This document shows positions 36,927 through 45,789 of a DNA stretch of 64,000 nucleotides, piece after piece. The DNA lies in assembly GCA_038214195.1 (NCBI GenBank), contig JBBQSE010000002.1:854-64853 (forward strand), written 5' to 3'. The stretch is from Planctomycetales bacterium. GTDB taxonomy: Bacteria > Planctomycetota > Planctomycetia > Planctomycetales > Planctomycetaceae. The notes beneath the pieces are model-generated. The model worked only from the letters and a program-made list of their open reading frames with translations. It was not told the DNA's origin and searched no databases. The position numbers and the translations under genes were made by a program. Numbering within the stretch: position 1 is the stretch's first letter; each line of letters starts with the position of its first letter.

Positions 36927-37070
36927 GCGAGCGGCATAAGGCGAGCGGCATAAGGCGAGCGGCAGAAAACGATTTACCAGCTGTAGGACGGGCACTCTTG
37001 CCCGTCACGGTCCCTGACGGGCAGAAGTACCCGTCCTACGGTAAATATATTTCTGCCGATCGCCTAAGGC
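36927..37070. repeat. Tandem 14-mer (GCGAGCGGCATAAG x2.5) running into a ~120-nt imperfect palindrome
   Basis: Units at 36927-36940, 36941-36954 and 36955-36968. The arm GGCAGAAAACGATTTACC..GTAGGACGGGCAC..GCCCGTCA pairs with TGACGGGC..CCCGTCCTACGGTAAA..TTTCTGCC. A related 'TAAGGCGAGCGGTAGAAACGA' lies directly after the stop at 54907. Confidence 0.8.
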
Positions 37071-37113
37071 TGCCTAAACCTGGTTTACCTTCGAAAACCG
37101 GATTTACGTCCGA

Positions 37114-37248
37114 GGGGTGGCCCGGGCTGGACTGAGCGAAGCGAAGGACGCCCCGGAGGTTTCGATGTGCCATATTGAAGAACACCGGGGTTTCGCTGCG
37201 CTCCGACCCCGGCCACGCGAAACTCCTGTTCTCATTCTGAACCAGGTT
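37114..37248 (-). repeat. Hairpin repeat family B, copy 2 (variant with an enlarged central loop)
   Basis: The reverse complement reads AACCTGGTTCAGAATGAGAACAGGAGTTTCGCGTGGCCGGGGTCGGAGCGC...CGCTCAGTCCAGCCCGGGCCACCCC. Confidence 0.8.
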
Positions 37249-37330
37249 TAGCGCGTCGCAAAAACGCCGCGATCCCGACCGCAGGGCTACGATCGGGATC
37301 ACGGGAGTTGAGGGAATCCAAAATCAACAA

Positions 37331-37888
37331 TCAGAAGTTAAGGAAGACGATCCGGCCGGGGATCAATCGCACAAATCGTGTCGCGTACGGTTCGATGTCC
37401 TGCGGTGTCTCGCGAGCTTCCACGCGAACGATCTGGCACGCTCCGGGATCCAGCGGACGGGTCGATTCAAACAGCCAGATTCCGTTCTTCATCTTCAGGC
37501 CGCCCATCACACTTACCGTCAGGTAAGGAATCGTACCATCCTCTTTGACTGCCAGCATGCCAGTCCGCGGATGCTTGTCGAGAGGGACGGGGTGGGACAC
37601 TCGCGTATAGGTTTGCCCCAATGTTCCGGCCGGAGTAATACTCAATTCTTGGTTCATCACATTACCAGCGGCATCGTGATGCTCCGTGACGTCAAAATTA
37701 AAGTCGCCTGCGTCCAGATGCTGATGCTGATGCTGGATCATCGGCGGCATGACAGATCCGTCAACAATTGGTGCCACGTCGATTCCAGAGGGAGTCGTCA
37801 GACCATCGCCACCGAGGGCGATTGTTGACGCACCGGTTGTCAGAGATAACAGTCCGCACAACGCGAGACGGCCGAATCGTTTGCTCAT
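37331..37888 (-). CDS. Hypothetical secreted protein
   Basis: Signal peptide 'MSKRFGRLALCGLLSLTTGASTIALG', with a 'QHQHQH' tract. No family recognised. Confidence 0.6.
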   Translation of the reverse strand: MSKRFGRLALCGLLSLTTGASTIALGGDGLTTPSGIDVAPIVDGSVMPPMIQHQHQHLDAGDFNFDVTEHHDAAGNVMNQELSITPAGTLGQTYTRVSHPVPLDKHPRTGMLAVKEDGTIPYLTVSVMGGLKMKNGIWLFESTRPLDPGACQIVRVEARETPQDIEPYATRFVRLIPGRIVFLNF

Positions 37889-38123
37889 AGGAAAATCCTT
37901 CACTACCGGAGTTTTTTAAGCGGCAGAATTTTGTGACAAAACAGTCTAAACCGCAATCGGTTCAAACGTATCACATCACTCAGCGCACTGCGGAGTTGAA
38001 GTTCCAGTGTTGCATGGATTCTGCAATCCCGATTGTGCGTTTCGAGCATCAGCCAGACCGGGCAAACTCTAACAGACAGCCAGGACAGGCACGATGTAAC
38101 GATCGTGACACGCCGCGTTTGGC

Positions 38124-39287
38124 TCAGCAGTGATGGGCTCCCTTTGAATTCACATAGACGGCATAGACGGACTGACTGGCCGTCATAAACAGCCGATTAC
38201 GTTTCGTGCCTCCGAAACACACGTTGCTGCAGATTTCCGGAAGATGAATTTGCCCGATCCGCACGCCGTCTTCGGGAGCGAAGATGTGAACTCCGTCGTA
38301 GCCCTCACCGACCCAGCCCGCGCTGGACCAGATGTTGCCATAGTTGTCGCAGCGAATGCCATCCGCCATTCCCGCCTTTTCAGTGCCGTCTGGCATTGTC
38401 AGTGTCATCGAGGCGAATTCGCGTCCGTTGGCCACATTTTTTGCATCCACAACGTCCCAAACTTTGATGTTCTTCGGCGCTTCCTTGTAATGCGACGATC
38501 CCGTATCGGCCGCATAAAGTTTCTTGTAGTCCGGTGAAAAACACAGTCCGTTTGGCTTGTAGATCTCGTCGGTGACTTTAAAGATTTTCCCCGTGCTGGA
38601 TTCAATACGATAGATGGCCTCTTTTTGATAAGGCTGCACGGAGTCTGTTTTTGCCAGCGTGCCTTCGTAGTCCATCAGCCCCCCGTAACCGGGATCCGTA
38701 AACCAAATGTCGCCATTTGGATGGACAACGCCATCGTTCGGCGCGTTGAATGACTTGCCCTCGAATTTTTCAGCCAGCACCGTCCGCGTGCCGTCAACTT
38801 CATACCGTGCCACACTGCGTGTCAGATGCTCAAACGAAATCTGACGCCCCTGAAAATCAAAGGTGTTGCCATTGCTGTTGTTCGCCGGATGACGAAACGT
38901 GCTCACATGGCCGTCCTCTTCCAGCCAACGCTGCTGAATGTTGTTGGGAATGTCACTCCAAATGAGATAGCGTCCGACGCCGTTCCACGCTGGCCCCTCT
39001 GTCCACAGCGTGTCTTTGCTGTAATGAATTCGCTGAATCGGCGTGTTGCCAAGTTTCAATTTGTCGAAACGGTCATCCAGCGAAATCAGCCGCGGATCAG
39101 GATAACGCACCGGGCCGTCATCGAATTCAAAATCATCAGCCACAGCAGCTTTCGCGGCGACAAGTGCGGCGGCAGTTGTCGCAAGGAACGAGCGTCTTGC
39201 CGTCACGCGGCTTTGCGTTCCACTGGTGGCGGTTGCTGAGAGGTCACGATTTGAATCCCTGGTGGACAGATTGTCAGATTGGGTCAT
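38124..39287 (-). CDS. SMP-30/gluconolactonase/LRE family protein with a Tat signal
   Basis: 'ARRSFLATTAAALVAAKA', 'TEGPAWNGVGRYLIWSDIPNN', 'NAPNDGVVHPNGDIWFTDP' and 'PNGLCFSPD'. Confidence 0.85.
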   Translation of the reverse strand: MTQSDNLSTRDSNRDLSATATSGTQSRVTARRSFLATTAAALVAAKAAVADDFEFDDGPVRYPDPRLISLDDRFDKLKLGNTPIQRIHYSKDTLWTEGPAWNGVGRYLIWSDIPNNIQQRWLEEDGHVSTFRHPANNSNGNTFDFQGRQISFEHLTRSVARYEVDGTRTVLAEKFEGKSFNAPNDGVVHPNGDIWFTDPGYGGLMDYEGTLAKTDSVQPYQKEAIYRIESSTGKIFKVTDEIYKPNGLCFSPDYKKLYAADTGSSHYKEAPKNIKVWDVVDAKNVANGREFASMTLTMPDGTEKAGMADGIRCDNYGNIWSSAGWVGEGYDGVHIFAPEDGVRIGQIHLPEICSNVCFGGTKRNRLFMTASQSVYAVYVNSKGAHHC

Positions 39288-39484
39288 GGTGGGAATCTCC
39301 TGTAAGAGACAGATGAATTGGATAGCGCACTAGGGTACGGTGTGAAAAGGATCGAGTGCAACTCTGGCACGCCTGTCGGGACCGGGTATACTCCGAATAG
39401 AGCAAATACGGAGATGCGGCGAGACTGACAGCACAGGCAAACCTGTCCACGTCGTGAAATGACTTGTAGTGAATTGGAGCAGAG

Positions 39485-40618
39485 ATGTCGTCTCGTTGGT
39501 ACTATCAAATGTTGATGGAAGAGTTTGGGCCCGTCACAGTTGAGCAACTTGACGATCTGCTCCAGGATGGCACACTCAGCGAAGGCGACCTTGTGCGCAG
39601 CGAAGTCAGCGAAAACTGGATTCCACTGTCTGAGTTAAACCAGTCAACCCTGGCTGCGGCTAAAGCCTCTGATTCCAGTGCGACGACCGAGATCGTTGAT
39701 CTGTCGGAGTTGGCGTTCGAGTTCGAAGATTCCGGCCCGACGGCGCGTCGCGCGGCCTACGCTGCGGAATTGCCGGAACAAACAAGTGAGCAAACTCCCA
39801 CGCCGAAAGTCGCGACTGTTGAGTCCAAAGCCCCATCGACGAAAAAGCCCAATCATCAGGCTTCGCAGTCGGTCGTGGAAGGCAAAGTCGTTCCAACTCG
39901 CAAACGGCGCCGCAAGGAAGCCAGAGGCGAAGAGGAATTGCTGAATGAGATTTTCGACGACGTGTTCAATGATGAACGTCCGCCCGCCCGCCATGCAACT
40001 TCATCTACAGATCGCTCCGTTGCGGCAGTCAGCCAGGTTGCGGCAGTCAGCCAGGGTGCGGCAGTCAGCCCGTCCATTCCCGCTGCACCACGCGAGTTGC
40101 CAAAAACGCCGCCGGTGAGTTCCCGCGCAGCATCCTCCAGCGCGACCATGGCCAGCCTTGCGGAAGCAGCAATGGCAGCGACGTCTTCGCCGAAGAAGTC
40201 CCGCCGGTCTGTCGATGTGAATCCAAAAACGATTCTGATCGTCGTCGGCCTGATGCTGGCTCTCAGCGGCGGCTATGTGTATTTGCAGTCTGATACTGCA
40301 ACCATAGTGACTGGCGGTGGCTCATTTGACAAAGCGAATGCACTTCGATCAGTCAACGATGCGATGGCGCGGTACAAAGCCATCGCTGCAAATCCGTCGG
40401 AATCGGATTGGAAGGAATTTTCAGGCCGGACACTGCCCGAGATGTCCGCATTGTACAAATCGATTCATGAACGGTCCGGGACAACTCACGAAGGAGTTCT
40501 CTGTCTGAATGTGATACGATCTCTCATCAGGTTGTCAGGGACAACCCCAGACAACAAGTCCGTGATCGATGAGTGTCTTTCGGACTTTGAAAAGAACATC
40601 GTCGAACTGCGGCAGTAA
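39485..40618 (+). CDS. GYF_2 (DUF4339) domain protein with a low-complexity linker and one TM segment
   Basis: 'WYYQMLMEEFGPVTVEQLDDLLQDGTLSEGDLVRSEVSENWIPLSEL' GYF-like N-terminus. TM helix 'ILIVVGLMLALSGGYVYL'. Confidence 0.7.
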   Translation: MSSRWYYQMLMEEFGPVTVEQLDDLLQDGTLSEGDLVRSEVSENWIPLSELNQSTLAAAKASDSSATTEIVDLSELAFEFEDSGPTARRAAYAAELPEQTSEQTPTPKVATVESKAPSTKKPNHQASQSVVEGKVVPTRKRRRKEARGEEELLNEIFDDVFNDERPPARHATSSTDRSVAAVSQVAAVSQGAAVSPSIPAAPRELPKTPPVSSRAASSSATMASLAEAAMAATSSPKKSRRSVDVNPKTILIVVGLMLALSGGYVYLQSDTATIVTGGGSFDKANALRSVNDAMARYKAIAANPSESDWKEFSGRTLPEMSALYKSIHERSGTTHEGVLCLNVIRSLIRLSGTTPDNKSVIDECLSDFEKNIVELRQ

Positions 40619-40669
40619 CAGTCGCGTCGTCCCACGTGGCATCCTTTTTGATCTCAAGTCCCATTTCTC

Positions 40670-41689
40670 ATGCGAGCCGCAATGAAATCGCCCGTTCGCA
40701 TTGGAATCATGGGGACTGCGAGAATCGCCCGGACCGTCGTTCCACAAATGCTTGAGTCCGACAGCGCGACCGTCGTTGCCATCGCGAGTCGTTCGATGGA
40801 CCGGGCTCAGCAGTTCGCTTCAGAATTCGCGATTCCGAAGGCATACGGATCTTACGACGATCTGCTCAGATCGCAGGATGTGGATGCCGTCTATCTCCCA
40901 CTGCCACCCTCGATGCACTGCGAATGGACGCTGAATGCCGCAGCGGCGGGCAAGCATGTCCTGTGCGAAAAACCCCTCGCAATCAGCACCGATCAGGCTA
41001 AGCAGATGATTGACGCCGCCATTCGTCACCGCGTCGTGCTGCTGGACGCCGTCATGTGGTACCACACCGCCCGGGCTGAGGCGATGAATGCAATTGTGCA
41101 AACCGGTCAACTGGGAGAAGTCCGTCAGATCACGTCCGCGTTTACATTTCCGGGGGATTCGCTGGCCGCTGACAATCTGCGATTCTCGCCAGATTTGGGC
41201 GGAGGATCGCTGCTCGATATCGGCTGGTATTGCGTCGGGATGAGTCTCTGGCTGCTGCGGAAATTGCCCCAACAGGTCTTTGCAACCGCTCAATGGAAGA
41301 ACGATGTCGATCTCCACATGAATGGAATTCTATGGTTTCCGAATGAGCAGATGGCCACCTTTGAATCCGGCTTCAACGCCGTCCGCCGTCGCTGGATGGA
41401 GGTTGCCGGCACGACCGCAGCGCTCGTCTGCGATGACTTTACAAAGCCGTGGAATCTCGAAAATCCGCGATTCTGGATTCATGATGCCAGCGGGACGTCA
41501 CACCAGCACATCGTGCCGCATTCCCCCATCGAACGTTGCCTCGTCGATGCCTTCTGCCAGTTAATTCACACGGGTGCCGTGGAGCACGACTGGCTGCAAT
41601 TATCACTGCAAACACAACACGTCTGCGAAGCGCTCTTGAAATCCGCGCGGACAAATGCCACGGTTCAGATATCTGATCTCGGAGCCTGA
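40670..41689 (+). CDS. Gfo/Idh/MocA family oxidoreductase
   Basis: 'VRIGIMGTARIA' Rossmann motif and the 'VLCEKPLA' motif. Confidence 0.88.
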   Translation: MRAAMKSPVRIGIMGTARIARTVVPQMLESDSATVVAIASRSMDRAQQFASEFAIPKAYGSYDDLLRSQDVDAVYLPLPPSMHCEWTLNAAAAGKHVLCEKPLAISTDQAKQMIDAAIRHRVVLLDAVMWYHTARAEAMNAIVQTGQLGEVRQITSAFTFPGDSLAADNLRFSPDLGGGSLLDIGWYCVGMSLWLLRKLPQQVFATAQWKNDVDLHMNGILWFPNEQMATFESGFNAVRRRWMEVAGTTAALVCDDFTKPWNLENPRFWIHDASGTSHQHIVPHSPIERCLVDAFCQLIHTGAVEHDWLQLSLQTQHVCEALLKSARTNATVQISDLGA

Positions 41690-41921
41690 ATGGTGTTGTT
41701 TCAGAAACACCCGGAATCCCTTGTGTGGATGGCGTATTGATGAATTCCAAAGCCATCAACAAGATCCATCACGGAGGGATTCCGAGGGAATCGTTCACAG
41801 AGTGTAAAGCGGCAGACGAAGGCGCGGAGGCGTCGGATTAAAAATGCTCGAAAGATCTGGAAATGAAACGCAGCGATGAAGCGTATCGCGATGCGTTCGG
41901 CACGACTCGGATTATAGTTAG

Positions 41922-42395
41922 ACTGAACATCTGGATCGCTGGAATGCTGCCGGACTTCGATTTCATTTCGGCGACGATGCGCGTCGTTGGGCGGCGCAGG
42001 AATGCGTGACTCGTGAACGCGTTGAACGCATCGAGCAGGCTCTGAAGGAGCGTGAACAACTTGCGGCTCCGCATGAAACGCGAAAGATGGGTGACGGCGC
42101 ACAAACTCGCTGCCGTACGACGGACCCCGAAGCACGCAACATGAAGATGACCTGCGACGGATTTCGCCCGGCTTTCAATGTGCAATTTGCCACCGATGCG
42201 GTTGTCAGGATCATCGTCCGTGTGGAGGTGACAAATTCCGGAGTCGATGGCGGGCACATGGGACCGATGCAGGAGAAGCTCAGCGAAGCTTACGGGCGCA
42301 CACCAGAGAGGGCGATTGTCGATTCGGCCTATGCCACCAAATTCGATGTGACGCGTGTGAAGTCGAATAAGCACCCACCAACGTTTATCAGGCAA
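41922..42395 (+). pseudogene. DDE transposase fragment (IS1182/IS5-like), truncated
   Basis: 'RTTDPEARNMKMTCDGFRPAFNVQFATDAVVRIIVRVEVTNSGVDGGHM...RAIVDSAYAT' carries the DPxAR, (G)xNxQ and D(S/A)xY blocks. The N-terminal third and everything after the second Asp region are missing. No terminal inverted repeats identified. Confidence 0.55.
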
Positions 42396-42568
42396 GTCAG
42401 TTTCCTGCTTCGGTCCGAGACACCGAAGCGTCCTTTCGCAATCGCTGAGGGAGGATCAGGTGTCATATCGAGCTGCCGCGATACGATGGGCCGACTTTGT
42501 CGGCGGGTTGGGGCGTTCCGACTGCGGAGTTCGAGTGAGGAGTGCGGCGGCGGTGTCGATGGTCGAAC

Positions 42569-42601
42569 GAAGTGAAGGCGAAGTGAAGGCGAAGTGAAGG
42601 C
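42569..42601. repeat. Perfect tandem repeat, 11-mer GAAGTGAAGGC x3
   Basis: Read directly: 42569-42579, 42580-42590 and 42591-42601. Confidence 0.9.
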
Positions 42602-42904
42602 CGCGACCGGGGGCAGGTTTGCGAAGTCCTCCGTGACCGCAGTCGGAGATGGCACCGGTCGCGGACGATTGTTCGTCGATACGCCGCCCTCATTAAAAGG
42701 CTGCGTTTTGGGGGCGCGACAAATTGCAGTTTTGCGGAAATCTGAAGCTGATTTATGGGTGAGTTTTTGTTCCATGATTCAGACGATGGTCTCGGCTTCA
42801 GATGAGATCTATCCGGCAGGATATTTGACTGCGATTCAGCCACGGCAGTGGCGGCAGTATGTAGCCGTGCGCTTCAGCTCATAGTTCGGTTTAAAGCAAA
42901 TTGA

Positions 42905-43195
42905 AAAGCCCCGACAGGGGCGACGGCAACACAAGCTTGAATCGCCGCTGTCGCCCTTGTCGGGCAACGCCGTGAAGGATTTCTGGCAGTGATTTCGGGC
43001 CAAAGGCCCATCGGTTCCAATAGCCTGGGCCAGCGGCCAGGTGACCGTGTTACCCATATTTCACAGCCCCAATCGGGGCGGCCATTCGATTGAGTGGCAT
43101 CGAATTGCCAGCCCGTTGGGCCTTCATTGATGTAAAACACCTGTTACCAGGGCCGCTGGCCCTGGCTATGGGAACGAATGGCCCGTTGGGCCGGA
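42905..43195. repeat. Cluster of nested GC-rich palindromes (REP-like debris)
   Basis: GCCCCGACAGGGGCGACGGC / GCCGCTGTCGCCCTTGTCGGGC; GGGCCAAAGGCCC; TAGCCTGGGCCAGCGGCC / GGCCGCTGGCCCTGGCTA; ATTCGAT..ATCGAAT; and GCCCGTTGGGCC x2. Confidence 0.65.
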
Positions 43196-43318
43196 ATCGC
43201 AAATCATCACCGCTGTGTCGATGCATCGCTTTGTGAAACCATGTCAAATTCCCCGCATTTTACTTTGCCAATACTCACCTAAAAACCGTTACGCCAGATT
43301 TCTATTTGTCGCGCACCC

Positions 43319-43383
43319 GGGAGGCAGGAGCCTCCAATGCGTTGCGTTCCAGGGCTGGAGCCCTGGAACGAGGATTGACAGCC
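43319..43383 (+). repeat. REP/MITE-like repeat family A, copy 3 (partial: last two hairpin modules only)
   Basis: GGGAGGCAGGAGCCTCC..GTTCCAGGGCTGGAGCCCTGGAACGAGGATTGACAGCC. Confidence 0.85.
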
Positions 43384-43596
43384 GAATTCCTGACCACCTG
43401 AAGTCTAATTGTAATCATCGGACGCAGTTGGAGCAGATTACCCTATCAAAATCAAATTTTGACGATAGGATGTCGCAGTGCAGACTTTGCACCCTGAAGA
43501 TGAATTGACATCGAATGCTGAAACCAATTTGCCATCCTGCCAGTGATACCAGCGGCGCGCGACGGGTACGATCCCGAGTCAGGACGCGTGCCCTCA

Positions 43597-43917
43597 ATGG
43601 CCAGTAAGAAGCCTCATCCGCTTTTCGATCATCCCGCACGGGTTCGTTGTCCCGTCTGCAATGAAATCAGCTATTCATCGGCGGGAATCCATCCGCAATG
43701 CGCTGTTCGACGCGAAGACAACGAACGCATGCGTCACGTGCGACTTCAAAGAATCGACGATGAGGCGAAAGTTGCCGCCGCACCAAATGACATGAGTCCC
43801 TGGAAGCGCGTATGCCCAGTTTGTAGCGCGGCACAGCATGTTCGCATGAAGGCCTGCAGTTGCGGCCACGTATTCGCGTTGGTTCCACGTCCATCCACAA
43901 TCGAAGAGGATTCGTAG
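43597..43917 (+). CDS. Hypothetical Cys-rich protein with two CPVC zinc-knuckle motifs
   Basis: '[22 protein letters not shown]' and '[23 protein letters not shown]'. Its stop overlaps a GTG of floA (TAGTG). Confidence 0.55.
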   Translation: MASKKPHPLFDHPARVRCPVCNEISYSSAGIHPQCAVRREDNERMRHVRLQRIDDEAKVAAAPNDMSPWKRVCPVCSAAQHVRMKACSCGHVFALVPRPSTIEEDS

Positions 43918-44936
43918 TGATCATCGCCATGATTTGGATCGTCGTCGCGGTCGTGTTGGCCAGCCTGTTGTTTTTGTTGAGTCGCTACTTTTCGCTCTGG
44001 CTTCAGGCTTTTCTCACCGGCACAGATATTGGTTTCGTGTCTCTGATCTCGATGAGCCTGAGTAAGATCGATCCACAATTGATCGTGCAATGTCAGGTGA
44101 TGGCCGTTCAGGCGGGGCTTGACAATATTCCAACGGCAGCCATGGAGGCGCAATATCTTGCCGGAGGCAACGTCCAGCGAGTCACGCTGGCTTTGATCGT
44201 CGCGCATCGAGCCGGAATTGAGCTCGATTGGGACACAGCCGCTGCGGTTGATCTGGCAGGTCGCGACGTTCTGGAAGCTGTTCGAGTCAGCGTGAATCCC
44301 AAAGTGATTGTTTGCCCGGACCCCGAAACCGGACACGGCGAAACTTTGGACGGTGTCGCCCGAGACGGCATTCAACTGAAAGTTCGCGTTCGAGTCACGG
44401 TGCGGACAAATCTAATGCAGTTGATCGGCGGTGCGACAGAAGCCACCGTGATCGCCCGCGTTGGACAGGGGATCGTGACCGCGATCGGATCCTGTGACAC
44501 CTATCGCGAAGCTCTGGCGGATCCTTTCATTATTACCCGGCAGGTACTCGCAAAGGGACTGGATTCCCAGACGGCGTTCTCAATCGTCTCGATTGACATC
44601 GCTGATATCGATGTCGGCACAAACGTCGGTGCCGCACTGCAAATCACTCGGGCGGACGCAGACATTCGGATCGCCCGCGCTGAAGCCGAAAAACGTCGGG
44701 CCATGGCGGTCGCTCGAGAGCAGGAAATGGTGGCTCTGACGCGCGAACATGAAGCGACAGTTGCGCTGGCCGAAGCCTCAATTCCAATGGCCGTCGCCGA
44801 TTCCTTCCGGACTGGCCAGCTTCGCGTCGGACAGAAATCGCATCGACGCCTGCAGTTGGCCAACCGCGTCTACCGAGCCGACATTCGCACGCCAGGCGTT
44901 AAACAGCCACCGGCAGAAGTGAGACCCGCTGGTTAG
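43917..44936 (+). CDS. floA: Flotillin-like protein FloA (UPF0365/YqfA family); start at GTG 43917 or ATG 43929
   Basis: '[52 protein letters not shown]', '[24 protein letters not shown]' and '[14 protein letters not shown]' closely follow B. subtilis FloA as I recall it. Confidence 0.85.
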   Translation: MIIAMIWIVVAVVLASLLFLLSRYFSLWLQAFLTGTDIGFVSLISMSLSKIDPQLIVQCQVMAVQAGLDNIPTAAMEAQYLAGGNVQRVTLALIVAHRAGIELDWDTAAAVDLAGRDVLEAVRVSVNPKVIVCPDPETGHGETLDGVARDGIQLKVRVRVTVRTNLMQLIGGATEATVIARVGQGIVTAIGSCDTYREALADPFIITRQVLAKGLDSQTAFSIVSIDIADIDVGTNVGAALQITRADADIRIARAEAEKRRAMAVAREQEMVALTREHEATVALAEASIPMAVADSFRTGQLRVGQKSHRRLQLANRVYRADIRTPGVKQPPAEVRPAG

Positions 44937-44965
44937 TTTAAAGCATTCCCCGGGTTTACACATCA

Positions 44966-45655
44966 ATGCGACATAAAGAACGACATCGAACAGAACGCAT
45001 CGGCTGGCTTCGCGCCGCCGTTCTGGGGGCCAACGACGGCATCGTTTCAACGGCAAGTCTCGTTGTTGGCGTGGCGGCTGCAGAAACGACTCGCGAGAGT
45101 ATCCTTGTCGCAGGAGTCGCAGGACTGGTTGCTGGCGCAATGTCGATGGCCGCTGGCGAATACGTGTCAGTCAGTTCCCAGGCAGATACCGAAAACGCCG
45201 ATCTGGATCGTGAACGCATGGAATTGGCAACGGCACCAGAATTCGAACTTGCAGAACTTGCAGCGACATACGTTAAGCGAGGACTTGACGAACAATTAGC
45301 CCGGCAGGTTGCGGTACAGCTCACGGCGCATCATGGACTCGCAGCGCACGCGCGCGATGAGCTTGGGATCTCCGAAGCGACAACCGCTCGTCCCGTCCAG
45401 GCCGCACTCACATCGGCGGCGACGTTTGCTGTGGGCGCTGGACTGCCACTTGGGACTGCTTTCCTGTTGCCCGAGAATCTTATTCCCGCCATCGTCTCCC
45501 TCACGTCGCTTTTTTTCCTTGCGTTGCTCGGTGGCGTCTCTGCCAACGCTGGCGGGGCTCCTGTGCTCAGAGCGGTCGCGCGAGTGACCTTCTGGGGAGC
45601 TCTTGCCATGGCCGCCACGGCCGGAATCGGCGCGATGTTTGGAGTTGCTGCGTAG
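44966..45655 (+). CDS. VIT1/CCC1 family iron/manganese transporter
   Basis: 'WLRAAVLGANDGIVSTASLVVGVAAA', an acidic cytoplasmic helix region, and C-terminal TM helices. Confidence 0.88.
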   Translation: MRHKERHRTERIGWLRAAVLGANDGIVSTASLVVGVAAAETTRESILVAGVAGLVAGAMSMAAGEYVSVSSQADTENADLDRERMELATAPEFELAELAATYVKRGLDEQLARQVAVQLTAHHGLAAHARDELGISEATTARPVQAALTSAATFAVGAGLPLGTAFLLPENLIPAIVSLTSLFFLALLGGVSANAGGAPVLRAVARVTFWGALAMAATAGIGAMFGVAA

Positions 45656-45789
45656 CGGTGCGATTCGATGGCCCGGAACTTGCATTTCCTCGCGAATACA
45701 GGGGAAGTGTCGGAATTTTGGGCCGACATCCGTCACATTCAGCGATATCCTGCCGCCGCTCCTCTCCGATCCCTCCACCTGGAAACAGC

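Noticed and set aside
42006-42575. 189-aa ORF as an intact transposase gene
   Set aside because: Only the central DDE-region blocks are present. There is no N-terminal DNA-binding part and no C-terminal third. The tail of the ORF (after ~42395) is unrelated Arg/Gly-rich read-through. It is called a pseudogene fragment instead.
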